Below, in pieces: positions 1 to 9,266 of a DNA stretch of 64,000 nucleotides (the stretch's first letter is position 1; each line of letters starts with the position of its first letter). The position numbers and the translations under genes were made by a program. The stretch covers positions 1,398-65,397 of the forward strand of contig JBAZEU010000001.1 in NCBI GenBank assembly GCA_041653755.1, written 5' to 3'. Below the pieces are notes generated by a model that did not search any database, was not told the DNA's origin, and worked only from the letters and a program-made list of their open reading frames with translations. Origin of the DNA: Minisyncoccota bacterium (GTDB taxonomy: Bacteria > Patescibacteriota > Minisyncoccia > UBA6257 > UBA9933).

Positions 1-493
1 ACCATTTCACAGAGTTATCGCGGTGGAAAAGGCCTATCAAGCTGAACTGCCGGACGGAACCATCTTCAAAGGAAAGGCGGACCTCATTTATGACGATGGG
101 GAAGGAGACGTTCTTCTGGACTGGAAAACAACCGGAGGTTATTTTCTGGACAGCCGGCCTGACCTTGATGACCAGTTAACCGCCTACAGCATGCTTTCCG
201 GTATTACCAAAGTGGCTTACGGAGTCCTTCTAAAGAAGAAAGAACCGGAAGTAAACTTTTTTTTCGCCGTCAGGAACGAATCGGACTATCTTGATTATCA
301 GGTAAAGGTAATTAAGACGGTGGCTGATATAGAAGCAGGATTTTTTTACCGGAAGCCGTCTCTCTACTGCGGTTTCTGTAATTTTTGCTTTCTGTGTAGG
401 GGCCAGATGGACAAGGCAAAGGAAGAACTTCGTCAATTGCCGGTGGAAGACAGATACAAAAAGTTGGAGTGCAAACAGGTGTGTTTGCTTTGA
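1..493 (+). CDS. PD-(D/E)XK nuclease, RecB/Cas4-like family (probably 5'-truncated by the window edge)
   Basis: KGKADLI...LLDWKT motif, QLTAY motif and a C-terminal CxxCxxCxxC cluster. Confidence 0.75.
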   Translation, partial: PFHRVIAVEKAYQAELPDGTIFKGKADLIYDDGEGDVLLDWKTTGGYFLDSRPDLDDQLTAYSMLSGITKVAYGVLLKKKEPEVNFFFAVRNESDYLDYQVKVIKTVADIEAGFFYRKPSLYCGFCNFCFLCRGQMDKAKEELRQLPVEDRYKKLECKQVCLL

Positions 494-508
494 AAGGAGA
501 AAAAGCCG

Positions 509-667
509 ATGTACAGTCCGAAGATTGAGCCGGAACAGGTGGGAAAGCTGTACCTCCTGCGGGAATCCTTAGCTCAGGAAGGTGTCAAAAAACCCATAAC
601 AACCCTGGTTAAAGAAGCGATTGAGGAATATCTGGATAAGAGAAGAGAGGAGAACAATTCAGAGTAA
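509..667 (+). CDS. 52-aa putative ribbon-helix-helix/CopG-like DNA-binding protein (not in ORF track)
   Basis: MYSPKIEPEQVGKLYLLRESLAQEGVKKPITTLVKEAIEEYLDKRREENNSE; strong SD AAAGGAGA upstream; LVKEAIEEYL helix resembles RHH proteins. Confidence 0.6.
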   Translation: MYSPKIEPEQVGKLYLLRESLAQEGVKKPITTLVKEAIEEYLDKRREENNSE

Positions 668-677
668 GGATTACTAC

Positions 678-710
678 GAGCCAATGGCAAATACTGCATT
701 GGCTCTTTTT
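678..710 (+). terminator. intrinsic terminator
   Basis: GAGCCAATG/CATTGGCTC stem followed by a T-tract. Confidence 0.75.
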
Positions 711-862
711 CTTTTGGAAAGCTACCTGATTTGAAGTTTCAAAAGTATCTGAAAAATGCTATAATCCAAAGTACGAGTACCTCAAGATAATTTTTTAGGA
801 AATTCGGTGCGAAACACAAAAAATAGGGTATTTCGATTGGAAATTTGGTAAAATAGAAAACT

Positions 863-2056
863 ATGTATGATAATGTCGTAGCCCAAGAAATTTCTCGGAA
901 ATATAGGCAAACGCCGTTGGTAAATTTTGCCGGTGTCAGCCAATATACAAAGCTCCAAGATTTGAACTTAAACTGGAGAGAAAGAGATTTACCGGAACGA
1001 GCAAGAACAAAACATGTTCACAGATTACACCCGTACATGGGGAAGTTTATTCCACAGCTCGTGGAAATCTTTTTGCGAAAATATCAACCCCGCTTGGTTT
1101 ACGACCCGTTTTGCGGTTCTGGTACAACATTGGTAGAAGCGAACGCCCTCGGCATCGATTCAATTGGCACCGATATTTCCGCTTTTAACATATTGCTTTC
1201 AAAAGTAAAAACCGACGAATACAATTTTCCTTTACTGGAAAAGGAATTATACGAAATCTTAAGAAGGTTCTGCGAATACAAAAACAAATTTTCAAAAAAT
1301 AAAGGAGTTGATAAATTATTTCAAACAAAAAACGAATACATAAAAACTTGGTTTGCGCCTAACACCCAAAAAGAATTACTTTGTTATTTGAAACTCATCA
1401 AAGATTATACCTATCAAGATTTGTTAAGAATAATCTTGTCACGGTCCGCTCGGTCCGCCCGTTTGGTTACTCACTTTGACTTAGATTTTCCCAAAAAACC
1501 GCAAATCACCCCGTATCAATGCTATAAACACGGGCGAATATGCAAGCCGACCGAAGAGGCATACAAATTCCTAAATCGTTATACAATAGATACTCTTCGA
1601 CGAATAAAGGAATTTTCGCGAATAAGAACAAAGGCGAAAGTCGTTCTTAGTAACGATGATTCTCGATCCCTCAATCTTCCCAAAGGAATCGACATGGTTT
1701 TCACCTCTCCGCCTTATCTTGGTTTAATTGATTACCATGAACAGCATAAATATGCTTACGAACTTCTTGGATTGAAAAACAACGAGACGCGTGAAATTGG
1801 AGCGGCGAAAAACGGCCATTCAGATAAAGCAAAACAAGATTATATTAAAGGTATAAACGATGTCTTATTGCATACGCGTGATTATATGGCTAAAGACGGA
1901 TTGGCAATCATTGTCGTAAACGATAAATTTGGTTTGTACAAGCCTGAAGCTACAGGGTTTAAGGCAATCGGCCGAGTCGAAAGACATGTCAATCGTCGAA
2001 CCGGCAGAAGAAAGGGCGCATTTTACGAGAGCATCCTAATTTGGAAAAAAATATGA
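863..2056 (+). CDS. amino-DNA methyltransferase (probably N4-cytosine) of a type II R-M system
   Basis: DPFCGSGTT SAM-binding motif precedes the TSPPY catalytic motif; overlaps the downstream REase. Confidence 0.9.
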   Translation: MYDNVVAQEISRKYRQTPLVNFAGVSQYTKLQDLNLNWRERDLPERARTKHVHRLHPYMGKFIPQLVEIFLRKYQPRLVYDPFCGSGTTLVEANALGIDSIGTDISAFNILLSKVKTDEYNFPLLEKELYEILRRFCEYKNKFSKNKGVDKLFQTKNEYIKTWFAPNTQKELLCYLKLIKDYTYQDLLRIILSRSARSARLVTHFDLDFPKKPQITPYQCYKHGRICKPTEEAYKFLNRYTIDTLRRIKEFSRIRTKAKVVLSNDDSRSLNLPKGIDMVFTSPPYLGLIDYHEQHKYAYELLGLKNNETREIGAAKNGHSDKAKQDYIKGINDVLLHTRDYMAKDGLAIIVVNDKFGLYKPEATGFKAIGRVERHVNRRTGRRKGAFYESILIWKKI

Positions 2057-2889
2057 CAAAAGAACAAGAAATGAAGGAAGCCATCCAATCTGTCGTTAAG
2101 CTGATGATGAATAGGGTTATGCAAAAAGTTTTAGTGGAGGATCCGTTCATAAAAGAAGAACATAAAGCTAAAAAACCGCTGTATGCCGCTTTAGTTCCAG
2201 ATGAAATATTTAAAGGGGCGCATTTCGAAAGACGCTTTGTCACTCCTTTCGGTGGTGTCTGGGAGAAACTCGCTATTGTGGCTGCAAACAAAGGTCTTGG
2301 ATATGGAGTAAAGGAGCATAGTATTACAGGAACGGTAAATTCTGAACGGTTAAGAAGAATACAAGAAATTTTAAATAATTTGGAACATTCAGAAAAGGGA
2401 AAGAAAAAGATTAGACCGAATTGGGATAGCGAACTCAAATATATCATGGAAGGTAAAAGCGAGAAAGTTATGCCAACTACCGTTATTTGCGATGTGTACG
2501 CCGAAGATAGAAAAAATGACAAAAAATATGCCTTTGAGTTAAAAGCTCCGCTACCAAATAGTGATCAAACGAAAGTAAGTAAAGAAAAAATTCTCAAGCT
2601 ATACAGCATGGAACCAAGACAAATTGATGAGGCTTATTATGCCTTACCATACAACCCTTTCGGAAAAAGAGAAAACTATTCCTGGAGTTTTCCTGCAAGA
2701 TGGTTTGATATGAAAAATGACAAAGCGGTGTTAATTGGAAATGAATTCTGGGAAAAAATCGGAGGGCTTGGGACATATAAAGCTTTTATTGATGCAATAA
2801 ATGAAATAGGCAAGGAATATAAGGACCGAATTTACAGAGAATTTTTGGGTATTGAACCACCGTCTGATATAGATGCGGATAAGTTGTAA
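2053..2889 (+). CDS. type II restriction endonuclease, TdeIII/MjaII-like family
   Basis: FERRFVTPFGGVWE, CDVY...FELKAPLPNSDQT and ALPYNPFG motifs; ATG at 2053 overlaps the MTase stop. Confidence 0.8.
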   Translation: MTKEQEMKEAIQSVVKLMMNRVMQKVLVEDPFIKEEHKAKKPLYAALVPDEIFKGAHFERRFVTPFGGVWEKLAIVAANKGLGYGVKEHSITGTVNSERLRRIQEILNNLEHSEKGKKKIRPNWDSELKYIMEGKSEKVMPTTVICDVYAEDRKNDKKYAFELKAPLPNSDQTKVSKEKILKLYSMEPRQIDEAYYALPYNPFGKRENYSWSFPARWFDMKNDKAVLIGNEFWEKIGGLGTYKAFIDAINEIGKEYKDRIYREFLGIEPPSDIDADKL

Positions 2890-2899
2890 TTTAATATGT

Positions 2900-3682
2900 A
2901 TGGAACCTTTTAAACTACCGGCTCTTGAATCTCTTGCGAAAATCGTCGGTGATCGTTATTCAGGAACAGGAATATCGGAATTTTTTCGTAAAGCAGGTTT
3001 TCCTGACGTTGTTCATGACGGTGGTACAAAATGGCGATTTGTGTACGCTTCCCTTGAAAATCTACAGAATCGGGCTTATGGCCCTATTAACGTGGTAAAA
3101 GTAATTCAACAGTTGTGCGATCCTCAGGAGTATTTTTCAACACCAGATCAACATACGGAAATCTGTGACCAAGTCAATCAGATTCTCGGGTTTTATGGAT
3201 TGCTGGTTGGCGAAGATGGTCGAGTGAGAAAACTTGATGAAAAAGTTACATCGCTTTCAAAGCCTATACCGGAGAATGCAAAAATATTTGATAGCCGTCA
3301 GTTTCACTCCACAATTATTTGCCACGCCCGCAAATTATTCGTCGAAGGTAATTATTTTCACGCCATTTTTGAGTGTTGTAAAGTATATGATAAAGAAGTG
3401 CAAAACAAGTCCCAGATGTCTGGCTATGGATCAAGGCTAATGGAGGAAGCTCTTTCTCTTTCGGGGTCACTTAAACTAAATACTCAACGAACCAGAACAG
3501 AAGTTAATGAGCAAGAAGGTGTTATGCATCTTTCGGTTGGTTTGATGAGGGCTATTAGAAATCCTCAAGCTCATGAACCTGCTCTTGATTGGCCAATCAA
3601 TCGAGAAGAGGCGTTGGATTTACTTTCTTTTTTGAATTTCCTATTTCGAAAATTTGATAAGGTAACATACTTTAAACAATAA
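2900..3682 (+). CDS. TIGR02391-family (Ymh-like) protein with an additional N-terminal domain
   Basis: C-terminal EQEG...AIRNPQAHE...EALDLLSF pattern; ATG at 2900 follows the REase stop. Confidence 0.75.
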   Translation: MEPFKLPALESLAKIVGDRYSGTGISEFFRKAGFPDVVHDGGTKWRFVYASLENLQNRAYGPINVVKVIQQLCDPQEYFSTPDQHTEICDQVNQILGFYGLLVGEDGRVRKLDEKVTSLSKPIPENAKIFDSRQFHSTIICHARKLFVEGNYFHAIFECCKVYDKEVQNKSQMSGYGSRLMEEALSLSGSLKLNTQRTRTEVNEQEGVMHLSVGLMRAIRNPQAHEPALDWPINREEALDLLSFLNFLFRKFDKVTYFKQ

Positions 3683-3686
3683 ATTT

Positions 3687-6560
3687 ATGAGTACTCCATA
3701 TCCAAAAGGTTCGGAATGGCGAAAATGGGATTTACATGTCCACACACCTTCGTCTGCTTTAGCTCATACCTTGGGTAGCGATTGGGATGGATATGTCAAC
3801 CAACTTATTGATGCTATAAAAAAACACCAGATAGCCGCGATTGCTACCGCTGATTATTTTACAATTGAGGGATACAAAAAGCTGCTTGAATATTACAGTA
3901 AAGACACATGTACGCTCTCCGCAAATAGCAAAAGCGTTCAATGTTATTTGATCCCTGGCATAGAATTACGACTCAACATCTTCAACAGCGAAGAAGAATC
4001 TATAAACTTACATATATTCTTTGATCCAGAATGTTGTTCGAGCGAATTCATTACCCAAAATTTCCTTGAAGCATTAAACATCGTTTATAGGGGATCGGAA
4101 GTATTGCTGAAACAACAGAACCTTTTGGCAATTGGAAAGAGCATTGCCGATAATACACCGGCAGATTTTGGCCAGAGTTTTGGCGCATGCAGCGAAGCCA
4201 CAAAAGATGAATATATTAGAAAAGCACTTGGAGCAATAACCTTAAACTATACCAATATCGATGACGCACTTAAAGGTATTGATAAAATATTTGAAAAACA
4301 AAATCTCCCACCAAAAGCTTATTTAATCGCAGTCGTTGGTAAGGGACACGGTGGTATCAGATCGCTTAAATGGTTTGAAGACAATAAAAGTTTCTCTCGC
4401 GCTGGACTTATCAGAGAACATTTGACCTACCAAACAGATGCCATTTTTTCGAATGATCAGAACGATAGGAATTTCTACCTTGGCAGACGGGAAGATGCTC
4501 CCGCAACGGAGATTCAAAATAGGTTTGATAATCTCAAGCCGTGCATTTGGGGTTCTGATAGTCACTCTCTTGATAAATTACTTCATCCATCTAATGGCAA
4601 TACATTGGATTATACGTGGATCAAGGCGGAGATTTCCTTTGAGGGATTTAAGCAAATTACTTACGAACCAGAGCTGAGGGTAAGGGTTCAGCAAGATAAT
4701 CCAGTTGAAGAAGAAGCTTATGCAAAGATCGAAAAACTGGAATTAGATTTCCCGGATGATCTGAAAATCAAAGACAAAGAATCCGAAGAGGCGATATCCT
4801 TTTGTATTCAAGGCAAACAGGAGGTAAACTTTTCATCAAATTTGACATGTATTATTGGTGGGAGAGGATCGGGTAAAAGTACCTTGGTTCATATCCTTTA
4901 TAACCTTGTTCCAAAAAGAGACGCTGACCGACTTTCTAAAGTCAGTTCCCCTTTGTTCAATTTACAACTTGGGTCGAAAGATGAGCTAGGAAAAATTCGT
5001 TCCCAAACTAAATCTAACATACCATCGAGCACAGAATTTTTCTTACAAAATGAGGTTGAAAAATTCGCAAAAGATGTTAGTGAAATGTCTATCCTAATCA
5101 AGACTCGCCTTTACGGTTTATCTGCCATTGATGATGGACAAAAAAATCTTCAAGAAATTGAAAGTGAGTGGCAAGATACTGCCATAGGAATGGAGGAATT
5201 GATTTCCGCCTATGATGAAATCACAAGGATTGATCAACAAATAGTTTTGGTCGTTAAGCAAAAAGATACATTAAAAAAACAGACCGATGTTATCAGCTCA
5301 AAAGATTATAAAAAACTCCAGAAAGAAATTGAAGAAATAGCTAATGCCATCAGTGCTTTTGATACCTACGAAAAAGAATACAGACGATTGTCGCTTGAGA
5401 TATTGACGCTTATAAAAAGCATCGCCAGGCTCGATTGGACTAAATATGAAGGCCAGTCTATTTTGGTTTCCCTATCCGCCGAACTTGATAAAAAGAAAGC
5501 CGAGATTCAAACATTTTTTGAAGAAACAAACAAAAAATATGTTACCGCAGATTACGCAACTAAATTAGGCGATAAAAAAACGCAACTAAAAAACTTCTTG
5601 AAAGAAAAGGGCCTTTCTCCGGAAAATATTGGAGAAATAGCCACCGCTACGCAGCAAATTGCTGAGTTGGATGAACAAATAAAGATTCTGAGGCAGGAAA
5701 GAATACCACACCAAGAAATCTATGACAGTAAAGAAGGGACACTTCAAACATATAGAGAGGCGTACGCTTCTTACAAAGGAGTGTTCGAATCAGTAGCGAA
5801 TAAGCTTCAATCAAATTTAAGTAATCTTAAATTTGACGGCGAAGAGACAAACATTTCTTTTCAATTTAAGACTAATGATCAATTACTAAAAGACGGAGTT
5901 GCTGATTTTATTAAAAGCCATAACACTTCAAGAATTAATTTAAGAGCCGATAACATTCAAAATGTTTTATTTGGGAATAATGATGTACCCTTTTCAGCTA
6001 TAGTCTCTGATCAATTAAAGATAGTGGCGGCCGTAAATAGTTCAGAGGTGGCCGATGCCCACACTCAAATTATTAGGGATCTAATAGGCGACCCAACTTT
6101 TGTTGAAAAACTTTACTTGCGGATGCAACGATACCACTTTGACATCGAAAACGTCCAAGTGCAAACAAAACTTGGCGAGAAATTTTTACAAAACACGTCG
6201 TTTGGCGAGAGATGTGGAATCGTAATTGCTATTGTTCTTGTTGCCGGAACAAATCCTATAGTAATTGACCAACCAGAGGATAATCTGGACGGGAAATATA
6301 TTTCGAAAGTTCTTGTTCCTTTAATCCGTACTCAAAAACATAAACGCCAAATTGTACTTGTTACAAGAGATGCAAATATTGTAATTGGTGGCGATTCAGA
6401 ACTGATATTAATTCTTGATAAAGAAAACCATGGTTCAGTATTACTGCCTGCAACTATCGAGAATAAAGTTATTCGATCCAAATATATTTGGATTCTAGAC
6501 GGTGGCGAAAGAGCATTCAAAGCTCGTGAAGCAAAATACTGTATTCACAAAGCAGCATAA
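3687..6560 (+). CDS. PHP phosphoesterase fused to an SMC/ABC-type ATPase (TrlF/Ppl-like, putative anti-phage protein)
   Basis: GSEWRKWDLHVHTP, GSDSH, Walker A GGRGSGKST, coiled coil, SFGE signature, IDQPEDNLD. Confidence 0.85.
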   Translation: MSTPYPKGSEWRKWDLHVHTPSSALAHTLGSDWDGYVNQLIDAIKKHQIAAIATADYFTIEGYKKLLEYYSKDTCTLSANSKSVQCYLIPGIELRLNIFNSEEESINLHIFFDPECCSSEFITQNFLEALNIVYRGSEVLLKQQNLLAIGKSIADNTPADFGQSFGACSEATKDEYIRKALGAITLNYTNIDDALKGIDKIFEKQNLPPKAYLIAVVGKGHGGIRSLKWFEDNKSFSRAGLIREHLTYQTDAIFSNDQNDRNFYLGRREDAPATEIQNRFDNLKPCIWGSDSHSLDKLLHPSNGNTLDYTWIKAEISFEGFKQITYEPELRVRVQQDNPVEEEAYAKIEKLELDFPDDLKIKDKESEEAISFCIQGKQEVNFSSNLTCIIGGRGSGKSTLVHILYNLVPKRDADRLSKVSSPLFNLQLGSKDELGKIRSQTKSNIPSSTEFFLQNEVEKFAKDVSEMSILIKTRLYGLSAIDDGQKNLQEIESEWQDTAIGMEELISAYDEITRIDQQIVLVVKQKDTLKKQTDVISSKDYKKLQKEIEEIANAISAFDTYEKEYRRLSLEILTLIKSIARLDWTKYEGQSILVSLSAELDKKKAEIQTFFEETNKKYVTADYATKLGDKKTQLKNFLKEKGLSPENIGEIATATQQIAELDEQIKILRQERIPHQEIYDSKEGTLQTYREAYASYKGVFESVANKLQSNLSNLKFDGEETNISFQFKTNDQLLKDGVADFIKSHNTSRINLRADNIQNVLFGNNDVPFSAIVSDQLKIVAAVNSSEVADAHTQIIRDLIGDPTFVEKLYLRMQRYHFDIENVQVQTKLGEKFLQNTSFGERCGIVIAIVLVAGTNPIVIDQPEDNLDGKYISKVLVPLIRTQKHKRQIVLVTRDANIVIGGDSELILILDKENHGSVLLPATIENKVIRSKYIWILDGGERAFKAREAKYCIHKAA

Positions 6561-6708
6561 ATTTTTTCTGCTAAACAACCATCCGCAAGAAAATTTTTGA
6601 ATTAATCACCACTAAAAACCAAACAGTATTTCTCCCAATGCCCCTTAATCCCAATAGTTATTAACACCCCCCTTGTTTTTCCTGCCAGATATCTTAGAAT
6701 TAGATTAA

Positions 6709-8241
6709 ATGAATTTTTCTAAATCACGCAAAGGTTTCACCCTCATAGAACTTCTAATCGTGATAGGTATCGTAGCAGTTCTAGCCGTCGTCGTCTTAAC
6801 AGTTCTCAATCCAGTGGAATTCCTCAAAAAAAGCAGGGACTCTAGGCGTATGGTAGACCTCCAGACCTTGGATAAAGCCCTAAGGTTAGCTGATTTTGAC
6901 AATATCTCCATGGGAACAGCCAATGTGGTATATGTTTCCATCCCTGATGACACAGCAGCCACCTCAACCTGTCCTACCCTATCCTTACCAGCTTTACCAG
7001 GAGGCTGGACTTATCAATGCTCTAATACTACTAACTACCGAAAAGCTGACGGTACTGGCTGGGTACCTGTTAACTTCACCTCTCTTACCACAGTTCCCAA
7101 TCCTTTAACCTTACTACCAGTTGATCCCACCAACAGTACTTCCACCAATCTCTACTATTCATATGTCTCTGGTAGTTGGGAACTTACTGCCTTATTTGAA
7201 ACCACTGGTTACCAAACCAAATACGCAGCCAGCGACAATGGCACTTCCACTGTCCTATTTGAAGTGGGCAACCATCTTAAGATTACCCCTAATGCGGTAG
7301 CTTCAAGGACTAATACCGGAGGAGGGGGAGGCGGAAGTTCCTACACCTTAACCTTTAATACCAGTCCTACTTATTCAGGTTCGGTTACCTTTGACGGTTC
7401 TTCCTACGCCAATGGCGATACTGCTTCCAAATCTTCAGGTTCTTACAATATTTCTGGCACCCCTGGTTCAGGCCGATCCTTTTCCTACTGGTCTCCTACA
7501 GGGATGACTGTCACTGACACCAGTACCTTAAGCACTTCTGCCACTGTCTCAGGCGCTGGCAGTTTATCCATGATTCAGGTTCCTGACTCATACACCAAAT
7601 TACTCCTACATATGGATGGGACGAATGGGTCAACTAGTTTCCCTGATAGTTCTACCGCGGCCCATACGGTTACAGCTAATGGAACCGCCCAAGTAACTAC
7701 TGCCCAACAAAAATTTGGGACAGGATCGGTTCAATGTAATGGAAGTGGTAATTATCTTACTTCTGCTGATAGTGATGATTGGTATTTTGGTACCAATGAT
7801 TTTACAGTTGATTTTTGGGCAAGAAATACAGGCGGAACTAATGTGTATTTAGTTAATCAATGGCACATTAACAGCGGTGGTGTAAGTATGAGTTGGGCTA
7901 TTCTTTGGAATAGTAGCAACGGAGTGCTTATTTTACTTAGAGATCATCCTGGAGCTTGGAATGATTTTAATCAATACAATACTAGTGGGATAACTATGTC
8001 TAGTAATACTTGGTACCATATAGCATTAGTAAGATACAACAACTATGTAGATATTTATGTTAACGGTACGTCTTACTTACACCAGGCTTATTCTCTTTCT
8101 CTCCAAAACAGTGACATGAATTTGGGTATTTGTGATTATATGGGAGCCCAAGGATTTACTGGGCAAATAGATGAAGTTCGTATTTCTAAAGGTATAGCTC
8201 GTTGGACTTCAAACTTTACTCCGCCAACAGCGCCGTATTAA
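6709..8241 (+). CDS. type IV pilin-like protein (N-terminal methylation motif) with C-terminal LamG-like domain
   Basis: KGFTLIELLIVIGIVAVLA prepilin motif; poly-Gly linker; DFTVDFW...WYHIALVR...GQIDEVRISKG. Confidence 0.85.
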   Translation: MNFSKSRKGFTLIELLIVIGIVAVLAVVVLTVLNPVEFLKKSRDSRRMVDLQTLDKALRLADFDNISMGTANVVYVSIPDDTAATSTCPTLSLPALPGGWTYQCSNTTNYRKADGTGWVPVNFTSLTTVPNPLTLLPVDPTNSTSTNLYYSYVSGSWELTALFETTGYQTKYAASDNGTSTVLFEVGNHLKITPNAVASRTNTGGGGGGSSYTLTFNTSPTYSGSVTFDGSSYANGDTASKSSGSYNISGTPGSGRSFSYWSPTGMTVTDTSTLSTSATVSGAGSLSMIQVPDSYTKLLLHMDGTNGSTSFPDSSTAAHTVTANGTAQVTTAQQKFGTGSVQCNGSGNYLTSADSDDWYFGTNDFTVDFWARNTGGTNVYLVNQWHINSGGVSMSWAILWNSSNGVLILLRDHPGAWNDFNQYNTSGITMSSNTWYHIALVRYNNYVDIYVNGTSYLHQAYSLSLQNSDMNLGICDYMGAQGFTGQIDEVRISKGIARWTSNFTPPTAPY

Positions 8242-8290
8242 AGTAAAGATTAATCAGGTATCAATCTGCGGCTTATATTATATTTTTATA

Positions 8291-8779
8291 ATGTCTCAAA
8301 ACTGGCAATATTTATTTAAAATTGCATACACCAAAGCACAAGAAAGCACTAATCCGTCTACCCAGAACGGAGCTATCCTGATTGACGATAATGGGAACAT
8401 TGTTCTTTCTGCAATCAATAGTTTCCCTGATGGAGTAATAGAAACACAAGAACGGCGAAAGAAACTCTTACGTTATAAATTCAGTGTACACGCAGAACGA
8501 AACGTACTTTACCAAGCCGCACTTCTTGGAATAAAGACAAAAGGGCTTACTATGGTATGTCCGTGGGCGGCATGCAGTGATTGCGCCCAGGCCATAATTC
8601 AAACAGGCATCAGAAGATTGGTAACTCATAAACAAGCTCTTGATAGATCTGATACATGGCAAGAGGACATAGAGCTTGCTTTTATAATGCTTCGCGAAGC
8701 CGGAGTTGAAATTATTATTTTCGACGGAAAGATAGGAGTAGGTAAAATTTTGCGAAGTGGAGAAGTTTGGGAACCATAA
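8291..8779 (+). CDS. CMP/dCMP deaminase family protein
   Basis: HAERN and CSDC zinc-binding motifs. Confidence 0.85.
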   Translation: MSQNWQYLFKIAYTKAQESTNPSTQNGAILIDDNGNIVLSAINSFPDGVIETQERRKKLLRYKFSVHAERNVLYQAALLGIKTKGLTMVCPWAACSDCAQAIIQTGIRRLVTHKQALDRSDTWQEDIELAFIMLREAGVEIIIFDGKIGVGKILRSGEVWEP

Positions 8780-8831
8780 AAGACGGTAATATTAAGAAAT
8801 AATTAGACCCGAACAGATCTAACATCGCAGT

Positions 8832-9037
8832 CAGCGGAGTTTTCAAGGGTAAGTAGTGTAAATATGTCTTCCCGCACATTTTCTCCTATCTTAATTTTTA
8901 TTTCACAAACAGCGAAAATGGATCATAAGAAAAGGTTGGAAAAATATTTTTACGGTTCGTGGAAGTTTTTACTCTTTATTATATTTATCGATGTTCTTCA
9001 GGTAAAAAGTTCTAACATCGTCCACGAGCCTGCACCA
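8832..9037. repeat. copy A of a ~190-bp dispersed element (palindromic site plus orphan coding tail)
   Basis: Aligns by eye with 15349-15540; partial copies at 12829-12899, 13128-13174 and 10766-10804. Confidence 0.9.
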
Positions 9038-9130
9038 ACGATGACTTTTTAACTCTAATTCACAATTCAGCTAGTAAATACAACAAAATTTTAGGTTCTA
9101 ATCTTTTATCAAATTATAGCAAAAAGGTAA

Positions 9131-9188
9131 GCACCCCAGAGAGGACTGGAACCATTCCCAAAAAGTTCGAATCCTAGGCACACCGCCA
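9131..9188. pseudogene. two opposed tRNA 3'-end fragments (probable att scars)
   Basis: + strand GTTCGAATCCTAGGCACACCGCCA; - strand GGTTCCAGTCCTCTCTGGGGTGC. Confidence 0.55.
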
Positions 9189-9266
9189 AACGCAGGGAAG
9201 CGTGTTCTTTGAAAAGTCTAAAAAATGTTTAGTTTAAAGACTGAAAGAATGTTAAGATAAAAATAT

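Noticed and set aside
1-493. CRISPR-associated Cas4 or a CRISPR locus
   Set aside because: No other cas genes and no regularly spaced repeat-spacer array in the window.
1989-2522. Antisense ORFs in the track (e.g. 1989-2522, 42793-43323, 29139-29516)
   Set aside because: They are shadows of well-supported genes on the opposite strand and carry no recognisable motifs.
8291-8779. Anti-phage dCTP deaminase
   Set aside because: Single small deaminase domain without the N-terminal kinase-like domain of the defence enzymes; a defence role cannot be supported.
8864-9052. + strand ORFs 8864-9052 and 15268-15456 as real paralogous genes
   Set aside because: Their frames and stops disagree between copies, and the codon-level conservation is on the - strand tail.
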